Made by a program: the position numbers and the translations under genes. Under the pieces are notes generated by a model. That model was not told where the DNA came from, ran no database searches, and worked only from the letters and a program-made list of their open reading frames with translations. Shown piece by piece: positions 52,918 to 64,000 of a DNA stretch of 64,000 nucleotides. How positions within the stretch are numbered: the first letter of the stretch is position 1; the number at the start of each line of letters is the position of its first letter. This DNA is from Escherichia coli (GTDB lineage: Bacteria > Pseudomonadota > Gammaproteobacteria > Enterobacterales > Enterobacteriaceae), in the NCBI RefSeq assembly GCF_003334335.1, contig NZ_QOWQ01000011.1, one strand, 5' to 3'.

Positions 52918-54510
52918 GTGTTAGTTTCCAGTAACGTCACCATGCAGTTCGGCAGTAAGCCGTTGTTTGAAAACATTTCCGTCAAATTTGGCGGCGGCAA
53001 CCGTTACGGCCTGATTGGCGCGAACGGTAGTGGTAAATCCACCTTTATGAAGATCCTCGGCGGCGACCTTGAGCCGACGCTGGGTAACGTTTCCCTCGAT
53101 CCCAACGAGCGCATTGGTAAACTGCGTCAGGATCAGTTTGCCTTTGAAGAGTTCACTGTGCTGGATACGGTGATCATGGGGCATAAAGAGTTGTGGGAAG
53201 TGAAGCAGGAGCGCGACCGCATCTATGCTTTGCCGGAAATGAGTGAAGAAGACGGCTATAAAGTGGCCGATCTGGAAGTTAAATACGGCGAAATGGACGG
53301 TTACTCTGCGGAAGCTCGCGCCGGTGAACTGTTGCTTGGCGTGGGAATTCCAGTGGAACAGCACTACGGCCCGATGAGTGAAGTTGCTCCTGGCTGGAAG
53401 CTGCGTGTGCTTCTGGCGCAGGCGCTGTTTGCTGATCCGGATATTCTCCTGCTCGACGAACCGACCAACAACCTCGACATCGACACCATTCGCTGGCTGG
53501 AACAGGTGCTGAACGAGCGTGACAGCACCATGATCATCATCTCGCACGACCGTCACTTCCTTAACATGGTCTGTACCCACATGGCGGATCTGGATTACGG
53601 CGAGCTGCGCGTTTATCCGGGTAACTACGATGAGTACATGACGGCGGCGACCCAGGCGCGTGAACGTCTGCTGGCCGATAACGCCAAGAAGAAAGCGCAG
53701 ATTGCTGAGTTGCAATCTTTCGTTAGCCGCTTTAGCGCCAACGCCTCGAAATCTCGCCAGGCAACTTCGCGCGCGCGCCAGATTGATAAAATCAAACTGG
53801 AAGAGGTGAAAGCCTCCAGCCGTCAGAACCCGTTCATCCGTTTTGAACAGGATAAGAAACTGTTCCGTAACGCGCTGGAAGTGGAAGGTCTGACCAAAGG
53901 GTTTGATAACGGTCCGCTGTTTAAAAATCTCAACCTGCTGCTGGAAGTGGGTGAAAAACTGGCGGTACTGGGTACCAACGGCGTCGGTAAATCAACGCTG
54001 CTGAAAACGCTGGTGGGCGATCTGCAACCGGACAGCGGCACCGTAAAATGGTCTGAGAACGCGCGCATTGGTTACTATGCTCAGGACCACGAATATGAGT
54101 TTGAAAATGATCTGACCGTGTTCGAATGGATGAGCCAGTGGAAGCAGGAAGGCGATGACGAGCAGGCGGTACGCAGTATTCTCGGTCGTTTGCTGTTCAG
54201 CCAGGACGACATCAAAAAGCCAGCTAAAGTGCTTTCCGGTGGGGAAAAAGGGCGGATGCTGTTTGGTAAGTTAATGATGCAGAAGCCGAACATTCTGATC
54301 ATGGACGAACCGACCAACCACCTGGATATGGAATCCATTGAGTCGCTGAACATGGCACTGGAACTGTATCAGGGCACGCTGATCTTTGTTTCACACGACC
54401 GTGAGTTCGTAAGCTCCCTGGCGACCCGCATTCTGGAAATCACCCCGGAACGCGTGATCGACTTTAGCGGTAATTACGAAGATTACCTGCGTAGTAAAGG
54501 GATCGAGTAA
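52918..54510 (+). CDS. ybiT: ABC-F family ATPase
   Basis: 530 aa, GTG start, two ABC domains and no transmembrane domain. Confidence 0.92.
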
Positions 54511-54571
54511 GTGATTATCCGTCACCCCGATACTGTCGGGGTGACGGCGGCTGATGACAAATGCAAAATAG

Positions 54572-54670
54572 CCTGATGCGCTACGCTTATCAGGCCTACG
54601 CAGTACCTGCAATATATTGAATCTGCAGGACTTTGTAGGCCGGATAAGGCGTTAACGCCGCATCAGGCAT
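54572..54670. repeat. Composite REP unit, third copy in the same orientation as 12541-12637
   Basis: Same architecture and spacer (CAATATATTGAATCTGC). Confidence 0.85.
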
Positions 54671-54750
54671 TAACAAAGCGCATTTGTCAGCAATCTGAGT
54701 AACGTCGAATCGATTTTCTTAATCCCACATCAATTCACTTCCATTAATTC

Positions 54751-56016
54751 TCAAACATCCATGCCCAACGCTCGCTTACCGTGAATGTTGAGGTCGGCAA
54801 GCGTAAAGCGTCCTTCCCAGTTTGTTTCATAGTCCTCGCGCGGGAAGTCGCCCGGTGATGCGCCTTTTTCCAGTGCGGCCTTCACCTTGTGCGCGTAGGC
54901 AAGATTTTTCTCGCACATCGGTGCCGCAGGAATGTACATCACGTTGCCCCAACCTTGTTGATTTTCAACGGGGGCAACGGAATGGATGACGTCGCAGTGC
55001 CACCAGACGGAGTCTCCGGCTTCGAGTTTTGGAATGCTGGTTAACGCCTCAATCAACAGTGGATGCCATTGCTCTGATACCGGCAATACTCTTCCGGGCG
55101 CTACGCCGCACAGTTCATCCTCCGGCACATCATCAAGCAGCGGACGTAACAGTACGTACGCCATAGCTTCAGGAATGGGCACGACGTGCAGCAGCCCCTG
55201 ACCAGGCAGCATATCAGAGAGCGCTGTCCAGCCCTGGAATGTCCGAAACACGGAACATTTGGTGGTGTTGTCCACCGTGTACTCTTCAACTTCCGTACGA
55301 TGTGCCGCATGCCAGGGATCATATTGCGCCAGATTGCCATTAAAGACGTTGGCGAAAACGCGCTGATACGCTGGAAGCAGCCAGCGTTCCAGTGCCCCGG
55401 AGTCGGTATGCGCTCCAAGACCTTTGGAGGTCGTTCCGGGCGGACGGCGGCGGATACGGTCAGGGTAGATGACGCTCACATCCGGGTTAAACCATTGCTT
55501 TCCATCACTTTCAAATGTCCACAGACGATTGAGAAACGACTGCGCATTCGCCATTTCTTCACTCTGGCGGGCCTGCATTTGCGCCTGCGACCAGTAGATG
55601 GGGTAAATCTCGGGACGTGAAGCGCTGAGCGTCCCGAAGAAATTATCGCCGGGGCCTTTGTAGACCTCGTCAAAGCGGTTGCGGTCCAGATAGTCCAGCA
55701 TCGACTGATCCCAGCCTAGCGCTTGTTCGCGGGGGAAATGGCCTTTTATCACCGCACAACCGCGACGTTTAATCTGTTCGCGCTGCTCTGCAGTAACATG
55801 ACCTGCTTTGATATCGGCATAAGACAGCACCGGCCAGACGGTATCGCCCTGTGCTTTGAGTGCGTTGATTTCAGCCACTCGCGTGGCAATGTCATCGCTT
55901 AGCTGATTAAAGATCTGCTGGACGTCGCCAAGCTGCGCCCGCAGCGCGTGCTTCATCTGACGGATAGCTGCTTTGTGATCGGCAGGCAATGTGTCGCTGG
56001 TAAAAGTAGAAGCCAT
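54751..56016 (-). CDS. ybiU: DUF1479-family protein
   Basis: Start set at MASTFTSDTLPADHK (421 aa). Confidence 0.88.
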   Translation of the reverse strand: MASTFTSDTLPADHKAAIRQMKHALRAQLGDVQQIFNQLSDDIATRVAEINALKAQGDTVWPVLSYADIKAGHVTAEQREQIKRRGCAVIKGHFPREQALGWDQSMLDYLDRNRFDEVYKGPGDNFFGTLSASRPEIYPIYWSQAQMQARQSEEMANAQSFLNRLWTFESDGKQWFNPDVSVIYPDRIRRRPPGTTSKGLGAHTDSGALERWLLPAYQRVFANVFNGNLAQYDPWHAAHRTEVEEYTVDNTTKCSVFRTFQGWTALSDMLPGQGLLHVVPIPEAMAYVLLRPLLDDVPEDELCGVAPGRVLPVSEQWHPLLIEALTSIPKLEAGDSVWWHCDVIHSVAPVENQQGWGNVMYIPAAPMCEKNLAYAHKVKAALEKGASPGDFPREDYETNWEGRFTLADLNIHGKRALGMDV

Positions 56017-56167
56017 AACCACCTCTCATTAACTTTCATTCGAAACCATTCTGATTTGCATGTGACAATATAAGTTATAAATAAGTTAATGCAAGTTTAA
56101 TGATTTGATGTGATGTACAGGATGTAAAAAGAAGGGAAAACCGGAGCGCACGGCTCCGGTAGAGAGG

Positions 56168-56983
56168 TCAGCTGTTAAAAGGGGATGTGTTATCCAGCAC
56201 CGCCTGAATCACATTCAGCGCGCCTTCATGATTATTATCATCGGTAGCGTAACGGGCGATTTGTTTAATGTTTTCCGCAGCATTGCCCATCGCAAAGGAA
56301 TAACGCGCCATTTTCAGCATCTCCGCATCGTTACCGCTGTCGCCAATCGCTACCACATTTTGCGGTGACAGATCCCAGCGTTTCAGTAACCGCGAAATAC
56401 CGTTTGCTTTATGTAGACCGGGAATAATCAGGTCGATAAAGCCAAAACCACTGGTAACGGGTTTCATAATGCCATCGAGCGCTACGTGCAGTTTGTCGAT
56501 CACTAACGGGATTTGTTCATCCGGCAGGTTGAGCGAAAACTTGAACAGTACGTCGTCAATCTCCTGATAATCTTTTACAGGTTTCAGGCGATGGTAGTGT
56601 TTTGCCATCAGTGCGACAAATGCTTCGGGGGCATTTTCGCTGACATATGCACTTTGCAGACCGCAGGCGACAAAATTGAGTTGCTTATCTTTTAGCAACT
56701 CGCCAATAACAATCCGCGATTCATGTCGGGTCAGTTCGCCGTGGAACAACTGCTTGCCATGTTCGTAAACCAGTGCGCCGTTTTCCGCGACAAAAGAGAT
56801 CTCATCCTTTAGCTCAGGAAAGAATGAAATAAGCTGGTAATACTGATTACCGCTGGCAACAACGAACTTAATGCCGCGCTTTTTCAGTTCCTGATATTGC
56901 GCCATAAAACGTGGTTGGTTGTACGTTTTGGCGTCGTTAAGAAAAGTACCGTCCATGTCTGTGACGATAACTTTTACGCTCAT
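56168..56983 (-). CDS. ybiV: HAD-superfamily (Cof-type) sugar phosphatase
   Basis: 271 aa, N-terminal DMDGT motif. Confidence 0.92.
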
Positions 56984-57128
56984 AGGTGTGCTCCTGGCTC
57001 GAAAATGAAACCGTAACAGTGTAATAACAATGTGACGCAGAGCACAAATTATATTTCGAATGAAAGTAAGGATGAAATTGATGATGTGAATGATTTAGCC
57101 CGGCGACGACGCCGCCGGGCCGAGGAGA

Positions 57129-59561
57129 TTACAGCATATGTTCAGTACGGGCGATGATATCGTCCTGAGCGTCTGGAGAGAGCGCGGTGAAGAACGCGGA
57201 ATAGCCCGCGACACGCACTACCAGATCGCGATACTGATCGGGATGTTTTTTCGCATCCAGCAGCGTTTCGCGGGAAACGATGTTGTACTGAATATGCCAG
57301 CCTTTATGCACTTCAAAGAAGGTACGCAGCAGGATCATCAGTTTCTGCTTGTCAGATTCGTTCTCCAGCGTTGCCGGATTCAGTTTCTGGTTGAGCAACA
57401 CGCCGCCGAGAATCGCTGCCGTAGGCAGTTTACCCACTGAGCCAATGACCGCAGTAGGGCCAAGATGGTCAGTACCGGAGGCCGGGCTTGCGCCTTCTGC
57501 CAGCGGGGTGTGGGCTTTACGCCCGTCCGGTGTTGCCATAGTCTGCGCGCCAAACGGTACGTTAGCGGAGATTGATGACGTACCCGCGTAATAGTTGCCG
57601 CCAACCGGACCACGACCGTAGCGCGGATTATGGTACTGTTTCAGTTCGTCGATATAGGTCTGATAAGCGCGAGCCAGCAGCGTATCGACAGTATCATCGT
57701 CGTTGCCGTACTTCGGCGCACCGTTAATCAGCCGCTGACGCAGCTGCTCGTGAGTCAGGCCGTCGAAGTCATCTGCCAGTGCGGCAGCAAGCTGTTGCTG
57801 ACCAATCGCACCTTGTTCAAACACCAGTTTCTTCACTGCCGCCAGGCTGTTGCCGAGGTTGGCAATGCCGACCTGCAGGCCAGAAACCCAGTCATATTTC
57901 GCGCCGCCTTGCTTGATACTTTTCGCTCGCTCAATACAGTCATCCACCAGCGCCGAGCAGAGAATATCGTGCACGTTCTCTTCCAGCATGGTGTCGACGA
58001 CATATTCGATTTCGATTGATTTGCGGGTGTAGTAACGGATTTGCGTATCCCACGCGTCCATCACTTCATCGAAGTTGTTGAAGTTACCTGCCGACAACGC
58101 TTTTTCTTGTGGCAGGAACACTTTGCCGCTGGTGGCATCATGCCCGCCTTCCAGCGCCGCCAGCATCACGCGGGCGAAGTTGATAAAGCTCATGCCGGTA
58201 CAGCGATAGCCCCATTTGCCACCGACGGCGGTTTCTATACAACCAATCGCTGCGTAGTCATAAGCGTCCTGCGGTTCAATACCGAGTTTAATAAATTCCG
58301 GGATCACGATTTCGTCGTTGTTGAACGCCGGCATCCCGAAGCCGCAACGGATCACCTGTACGCAGGCGTCGAGGAAATCGTTGCTCATTCCTGCATGGTA
58401 ACGCACGCTGAGGTTAGGCTGAGTGGAACGCAGGCGACCGCAGGATTCGAGGATCGCGTAAGAGAGTGGATTCACCGCGTCCATTGGTTGACCATCAACC
58501 AGATTTTGCCCGCCAATAGTGACGTTCTGATACAGCGGACTTCCCGCAGAGGCTTTTGAGTGTGAGCCGGAGCGGATCTTGTTCACTTCCAGCAGTTTCA
58601 GCCAGCAGCTATGCAGCATCTCGATGGCGTGTTCGCGATCCAGCGTCTGGTTGAGTTCAACGTCGCGGCGATAGTACGGGTAGAGATACTGGTCCATACG
58701 ACCAAACGATACTGAGTGACCGTTAGATTCGATCTGCAAAATCAACTGGATGAAGTAACACAGTTGCAGCGCCTGCCAGAAAGTCTGCGGCGGCTGGTGG
58801 GCGATAAGATCGCAGTTTTCTGCCATCGCCAGCAGTTCATCGCGACGGCTTTCGCGGGTTTCGGTCGCGGCCATTTCACGCGCCAGGGCAGCGAAACGTT
58901 CAATGTGTTCACTGACTGCCACCAGCACGATATCAATCGCTTTCAGGAATTGCTCACCGTGTAAATCTTCCAGCACCGTCAGGTTGATGCGCGAGCGACG
59001 TTCCGCTACTTTCTCGCGCAGACCATCAAGCCCTTTTTCCAGCAGCAGCGGGAAATTCACCGCCAGGTGCGCATCGCCGGAGGTCATATTGCCTTCCGCT
59101 TTAATGATTCCGGTCGCCAGCAGACCTTTTTGCTCATCGGTAAACATGCCGTAGCAGCGATCCTGTACGGTCTGACCGCGCCACCACGGGCACACTTCAT
59201 GCAGAACGCGTTTGTTCTCTTCGCTCACCGCAAAGCCAGCACCGGGACGATCTGCCAGATCATCAATCTCTTTTTCGATCCACGAGACAGTATATTCCGG
59301 GAAGATCGGCGCGGCGCGAACTTCGCTTGCCTGGTTGCCAATGATCAACTCATCGTGTTTGATCCAGATGGTGCGATTCGCCAGGTGATGCGCCAGTGCC
59401 AGCGCGCGACGTACCGGGATCGGCTTATCGAGATGTTGTTGATACATCTCGGTATAGTGCTGCGCGCGCTCGGTACAGACTGGCGGTTTCACAATATGCA
59501 CCAGCGCATTTTTGTGCGCTTTAATGCGGTCGCTGAGCGTGTCCAGTTTCAGTGTGGTCAT
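57129..59561 (-). CDS. ybiW: Pyruvate formate-lyase-like glycyl radical enzyme
   Basis: 810 aa; C-terminal glycine-radical region (...RVAGYSAFF...). Confidence 0.93.
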   Translation of the reverse strand: MTTLKLDTLSDRIKAHKNALVHIVKPPVCTERAQHYTEMYQQHLDKPIPVRRALALAHHLANRTIWIKHDELIIGNQASEVRAAPIFPEYTVSWIEKEIDDLADRPGAGFAVSEENKRVLHEVCPWWRGQTVQDRCYGMFTDEQKGLLATGIIKAEGNMTSGDAHLAVNFPLLLEKGLDGLREKVAERRSRINLTVLEDLHGEQFLKAIDIVLVAVSEHIERFAALAREMAATETRESRRDELLAMAENCDLIAHQPPQTFWQALQLCYFIQLILQIESNGHSVSFGRMDQYLYPYYRRDVELNQTLDREHAIEMLHSCWLKLLEVNKIRSGSHSKASAGSPLYQNVTIGGQNLVDGQPMDAVNPLSYAILESCGRLRSTQPNLSVRYHAGMSNDFLDACVQVIRCGFGMPAFNNDEIVIPEFIKLGIEPQDAYDYAAIGCIETAVGGKWGYRCTGMSFINFARVMLAALEGGHDATSGKVFLPQEKALSAGNFNNFDEVMDAWDTQIRYYTRKSIEIEYVVDTMLEENVHDILCSALVDDCIERAKSIKQGGAKYDWVSGLQVGIANLGNSLAAVKKLVFEQGAIGQQQLAAALADDFDGLTHEQLRQRLINGAPKYGNDDDTVDTLLARAYQTYIDELKQYHNPRYGRGPVGGNYYAGTSSISANVPFGAQTMATPDGRKAHTPLAEGASPASGTDHLGPTAVIGSVGKLPTAAILGGVLLNQKLNPATLENESDKQKLMILLRTFFEVHKGWHIQYNIVSRETLLDAKKHPDQYRDLVVRVAGYSAFFTALSPDAQDDIIARTEHML

Positions 59562-59566
59562 GGTTG

Positions 59567-60466
59567 TTATCCTCGTAAGGTCGCGGTTAACCCTTTCTGG
59601 CAGGCATACTGCTGGGCAAAGTCGAGCAGTTCTGGCGCATCAAGCGGTTTTTCCGGGGCGTCATAGGGCAGATTAAGTAAGTGATATTTGTTGATGCCCA
59701 GCGTGTGGTAGGGCAGAAAATGAATTTCGCCAACGTGCAGCTCGTCGGCGGCAAAATCGGTAATGGCTTTTACAGAGGTTTCGTCGGCATTAAAGCCCTG
59801 AATCAGCGGCACGCGGATAATGATTTTTTTGCCCGCTGCGGCGAGTTTTTTCAGGTTATCCAGCACTCTGGCGGCGTTACCGTCGGTCCACTGTTTAAAC
59901 GGCGCGTCGGCAACGTGTTTTAAATCGGCAAGAAACAGATCGATATAGGGCAGAGAAGGGGCGATATATTTCCACGGCACATGCAGACAGGTTTCTACCG
60001 CAGTATGAATGCCTGCCTCGTGGCTGGCTTGCAGTAGCGCCATCGCCATTTCCGGCTGCATAAAGGGCTCACCACCCGAAAGCGTTAAACCGCCGCCGCT
60101 GCGATCGTAAAACGGTTTATCGCGCAGAACGGTCGTCATGATCTCCTCAACGCTTTTCACTTCACCACACACGGTTAATGCCTGTGTCGGACAGCAGTCG
60201 GTTAACGCCGTCAGATGCTCCGGGGTTAACTTTTCCCGATGAATAAGCAAACCATTCAGCGCGCGCTCAATCACTTCCGGCGCGGCCTTAGCGCACAGCT
60301 CGCAGCCTTCCAGACACAGTCGTGCGTCATACAGCAGATCCTGCGTGCGGGCGCGGCTTTCCGGGTTCTGACACCAGCGGCAGCCCAGCGAACAGCCTTT
60401 AAGAAATACGACCGTGCGGATACCGGGGCCATCATGGGTCGAGTAGCGCTGAATATTGAAAATCAT
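59567..60466 (-). CDS. ybiY: Glycyl-radical enzyme activating protein (radical SAM with extra ferredoxin-like cysteine clusters)
   Basis: Start set at [36 protein letters not shown]. Confidence 0.9.
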
Positions 60467-60596
60467 AGTTGCCTCTCTATTTCGTTCAAGCATTAAAATA
60501 CTTTCGAATGAAAGTTAGATTGATGTGCGTCAACTGTTCAGAGAGTTTTCCCGTGATAGTCTACATTCAGACAAAAAGTACATTTTGAGGATGGTT

Positions 60597-61259
60597 ATGG
60601 AACTGTATCTGGATACTTCAGACGTTGTTGCGGTGAAGGCGCTGTCACGTATTTTTCCGCTGGCGGGTGTGACCACTAACCCAAGCATTATCGCCGCGGG
60701 TAAAAAACCGCTGGATGTTGTGCTTCCGCAACTTCATGAAGCGATGGGCGGTCAGGGGCGTCTGTTTGCCCAGGTAATGGCTACCACTGCCGAAGGGATG
60801 GTTAATGACGCGCTTAAGCTGCGTTCTATTATTGCGGATATCGTGGTGAAAGTTCCGGTGACCGCCGAGGGGCTGGCAGCTATTAAGATGTTAAAAGCGG
60901 AAGGGATTCCGACGCTGGGAACCGCGGTATATGGCGCAGCACAAGGGCTGCTGTCGGCGCTGGCAGGTGCGGAATATGTTGCGCCTTACGTTAATCGTAT
61001 TGATGCTCAGGGCGGTAGCGGCATTCAGACTGTGACCGACTTACACCAGTTATTGAAAATGCATGCGCCGCAGGCGAAAGTGCTGGCAGCGAGTTTCAAA
61101 ACCCCGCGTCAGGCGCTGGACTGCTTACTGGCAGGATGTGAATCAATTACTCTGCCACTGGATGTGGCACAACAGATGATTAGCTATCCGGCGGTTGATG
61201 CCGCTGTGGCGAAGTTTGAGCAGGACTGGCAGGGAGCGTTTGGCAGAACGTCGATTTAA
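60597..61259 (+). CDS. fsaA: Fructose-6-phosphate aldolase 1
   Basis: Start set at [30 protein letters not shown] (220 aa). Confidence 0.93.
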   Translation: MELYLDTSDVVAVKALSRIFPLAGVTTNPSIIAAGKKPLDVVLPQLHEAMGGQGRLFAQVMATTAEGMVNDALKLRSIIADIVVKVPVTAEGLAAIKMLKAEGIPTLGTAVYGAAQGLLSALAGAEYVAPYVNRIDAQGGSGIQTVTDLHQLLKMHAPQAKVLAASFKTPRQALDCLLAGCESITLPLDVAQQMISYPAVDAAVAKFEQDWQGAFGRTSI

Positions 61260-61334
61260 CCGGACGTTCTGCATCCTCATAAATTGCTGATGACGTGGCG
61301 GAGTGCCGCGTCTTATCAGGCCTGGAGGTGGCAA

Positions 61335-62084
61335 TTACTGCCCACACACCTCACACCCCGGATTACGCATCAGTTTCATTTCGCGAAACTGACAGGTCAT
61401 CGCATCGTACATGACGATTTTCCCGCTGGCCGGTTTGCCATAACCTGCCAGCATTTTGATCGCTTCCATTGCCTGCAACGAACCAATTACGCCGATCAAC
61501 GGTGCCATTACGCCTGCTTCCACGCAGGTTAATGCATTTTCACCAAACAAACGGCTAAGGCAGCGATAGCACGGTTCACCGTCCTGATAAGTAAAGACGG
61601 TGATTTGACCTTCCATACGAATTGCCGCGCCGGAAACCAGCGGTACCTTCGCGGCAAAACAGCCTGCGTTCAGTTGATTACGTACCGCAACGTTATCCGT
61701 ACAGTCGAGCACCAGATCGTGTTCAGCAATCAATGCTGCAAGTTCTGCGTCATCCAGCAGTGCATTGACTGGCGTAATCGCGATATGTGGGTTGATCCGC
61801 GTCAGGGCGTCACGGGCGGATTCCACCTTCGGTTGCCCGACCGTGGCATCACTGTGCAGTGTCTGGCGTTGCAGATTCGAGAGCGAAACCGTGTCGAAGT
61901 CGAGCAGCGTCAGGTTACCGACACCGGCGCTTGCCAGATACTGCGAGGCTGCACAGCCGAGGCCGCCCAGGCCCACTATCAGCACGCGAGAATCTTTCAG
62001 CGCCTCCTGGCCGTCAAAATCAAAGCCGCGCAGAATGATTTGCCGGTTGTAGCGCAGCATCTCCTGATCGCTGAGTTCCGCCAT
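61335..62084 (-). CDS. moeB: Molybdopterin-synthase adenylyltransferase
   Basis: 249 aa, ThiF/MoeB fold, C-terminal CxxC pairs. Confidence 0.95.
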   Translation of the reverse strand: MAELSDQEMLRYNRQIILRGFDFDGQEALKDSRVLIVGLGGLGCAASQYLASAGVGNLTLLDFDTVSLSNLQRQTLHSDATVGQPKVESARDALTRINPHIAITPVNALLDDAELAALIAEHDLVLDCTDNVAVRNQLNAGCFAAKVPLVSGAAIRMEGQITVFTYQDGEPCYRCLSRLFGENALTCVEAGVMAPLIGVIGSLQAMEAIKMLAGYGKPASGKIVMYDAMTCQFREMKLMRNPGCEVCGQ

Positions 62085-63319
62085 TACAGGCCTCCGAACA
62101 ACGCGTTAAACGGTTCTACTTCCACCCATTCGCCCACTTCCACATTGCCGCGATCGCGTTCCAGCACGATAAAGCAGTTGCCGAGGCTAAAGGAGCTAAA
62201 TATATGTGAACCCTGATGTCCGGTGGTCGTCACTTCCAGTTCGCCATCGGCGTTGCGTTGCAGCACGCCGCGCTGGAAATCAAGACGTCCTGGCGTTTTT
62301 TTCAGGCGGGACGCTGTGCGTACGCGCTGGCGCGCGGGCAGGCCGCTGGCGGTGTTACCGCTTAGTTTTGCCAGCAAAGGCTGTACCAGTTGATAGAAGG
62401 TCAGCGTCGCTGAAACCGGGTTGCCCGGCAGGCCGCAGAACCAGCTATTGCTGAGTTTACCGAACGCGAACGGTTTACCTGGTTTAATCGCCAGCTTCCA
62501 GAAGGCGATCTCCCCCAGCTCTTCAAGAATCGTTTTGGTGTAATCCGCCTCACCCACTGAAACACCGCCGGAACTGATCACCACATCCGCCTGGCTGTCG
62601 GCTTCAATAAATGCGGCGCGCAGGGCATGGGGATCGTCGCGGATAATCCCTAAGTTAATTACCTCGCATCCCAACTGTTCTAACATCAGGTGTACGGCGA
62701 GACGGTTGGTATCGTAGATTTGGCCGTCGCCCAGCGGCTGACCGGGCAACTGGAGTTCATCACCGGTAGAAAAAAGCGCTACACGCACTTTACGAATCAC
62801 CGGAACTTCGGCAATCCCCAGTGAAGCAATTACTGGCAGCTCTGCGGTAGTCAGGCGAGTTCCCGCCGGGAAAACAACCGCACCTGCAGAGATATCTTCA
62901 CCGCGACGGCGAATATTTTGCCCGCTACGCACTTCAGCAGTAAAACGCACGCCATTGTCCATTTGTTCAGTCTGCTCCTGCATCACCACCGCTTCGCAGC
63001 CTTCCGGCACCGGCGCACCGGTCATAATACGAATGCAGGTACCCGCAGGCCATTCACCATGGTATGGCTGACCGGCAAAGGATTTACCGGCAACGGGCAG
63101 CGGTTGCCCGGAGGCAATATCGGCTAAACGCACCGCGTAGCCGTCCATTGCGGAGTTATCAAACCCCGGAACATCAAGCGGCGAAACGACATCGCTCGCC
63201 AGAATACGACCAAAACACTGTACCAGTGGCAGCGTTTCCTGGGCGGTCAGTGGGGTGACGCGAGAAAGCATCTCATTAAGCGCGGTGTCGAGCGACATCA
63301 ATCCGGTGGTAAATTCCAT
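62084..63319 (-). CDS. moeA: Molybdopterin molybdenumtransferase
   Basis: 411 aa; its stop overlaps the moeB start. Confidence 0.95.
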   Translation of the reverse strand: MEFTTGLMSLDTALNEMLSRVTPLTAQETLPLVQCFGRILASDVVSPLDVPGFDNSAMDGYAVRLADIASGQPLPVAGKSFAGQPYHGEWPAGTCIRIMTGAPVPEGCEAVVMQEQTEQMDNGVRFTAEVRSGQNIRRRGEDISAGAVVFPAGTRLTTAELPVIASLGIAEVPVIRKVRVALFSTGDELQLPGQPLGDGQIYDTNRLAVHLMLEQLGCEVINLGIIRDDPHALRAAFIEADSQADVVISSGGVSVGEADYTKTILEELGEIAFWKLAIKPGKPFAFGKLSNSWFCGLPGNPVSATLTFYQLVQPLLAKLSGNTASGLPARQRVRTASRLKKTPGRLDFQRGVLQRNADGELEVTTTGHQGSHIFSSFSLGNCFIVLERDRGNVEVGEWVEVEPFNALFGGL

Positions 63320-63522
63320 GAAAACACTCCTGCGGAGGCAAAATCGAATTTGCCTATTATGTCAGAAAAACGCCACAGACTGTATGCCACCTCGGGCGTA
63401 GCGCTGGGTCCTGCCTTTACATGCCATATCCATCTTTCTATATTCAAAAATTGAATGAGTAATTCATAAAAATTCTGATATTTATAGCAAAAGTGGCGAA
63501 CCACCCTTAATGGACGAATACT

Positions 63523-64000
63523 ATGGGCAAAGCAGTCATTGCAATTCATGGTGGCGCAGGTGCAATTAGCCGCGCGCAGATGAGTCTGCAACAGGAATTA
63601 CGCTACATCGAGGCGTTGTCTGCCATTGTTGAAACCGGGCAGAAAATGCTGGAAGCGGGCGAAAGTGCGCTGGATGTGGTGACGGAAGCGGTGCGTCTGC
63701 TGGAAGAGTGTCCACTGTTTAACGCCGGAATTGGCGCTGTCTTTACGCGTGATGAAACCCATGAACTGGACGCCTGTGTGATGGATGGTAACACCCTGAA
63801 AGCCGGTGCGGTGGCGGGCGTTAGTCATCTGCGTAATCCGGTTCTTGCCGCCCGGCTGGTGATGGAGCAAAGCCCGCATGTGATGATGATTGGCGAAGGG
63901 GCAGAAAATTTTGCGTTTGCTCGTGGCATGGAGCGCGTCTCGCCGGAGATTTTCTCCACGCCTTTGCGTTATGAACAACTACTGGCAGCGCGCAAGGAAG
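63523..64000 (+). CDS. iaaA: Isoaspartyl dipeptidase / L-asparaginase family protein, 5' part (3' end outside window)
   Basis: Manual translation from the ATG at 63523 gives MGKAVIAIHGGAGAISRAQMS..., open to the window end. Not in the ORF track because no stop is reached. Confidence 0.85.
   Translation, partial: MGKAVIAIHGGAGAISRAQMSLQQELRYIEALSAIVETGQKMLEAGESALDVVTEAVRLLEECPLFNAGIGAVFTRDETHELDACVMDGNTLKAGAVAGVSHLRNPVLAARLVMEQSPHVMMIGEGAENFAFARGMERVSPEIFSTPLRYEQLLAARKE

Noticed and set aside
52921-53715. 264 aa minus-strand ORF inside ybiT
   Set aside because: Antisense shadow ORF within a conserved ABC-F gene.

Overview
The window is an Escherichia coli K-12-type chromosomal segment, recognised by eye from protein sequences and gene order (no database search was run). 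Positions 1-4300 are the bio-proximal right end of a lambda-like prophage sitting at the lambda attachment site: a tail fibre gene (5' end outside the window), a tail fibre assembly gene, a 1.5 kb AT-rich ORF-poor stretch holding a 62-nt 3' fragment of tRNA-Ser(CGA), a low-GC AraC-family regulator, two decayed IS3-family fragments, a tI/sib-like hairpin and a lambda-type attR. From 4388 onward the genes are conserved core chromosome in the K-12 order, from ybhB and the bio operon through uvrB, the moa operon, the ybh/ybi genes, glnHPQ, dps, ompX, mntS-mntR, ybiW-ybiY and moeAB to the start of iaaA. The 43-codon mntS gene is absent from the ORF track and was found by manual translation. I see no rRNA, no CRISPR array and no complete tRNA. 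I do not find a convincing undescribed multi-gene system; the only accessory DNA is the first 4.3 kb, and its most interesting parts are the fossil tRNA attachment fragment and the orphan AraC-family regulator. Gene starts were moved from the ORF-track maxima to the conserved N-termini I recognise, and all coordinates were counted by hand, so may be off by a base or two.
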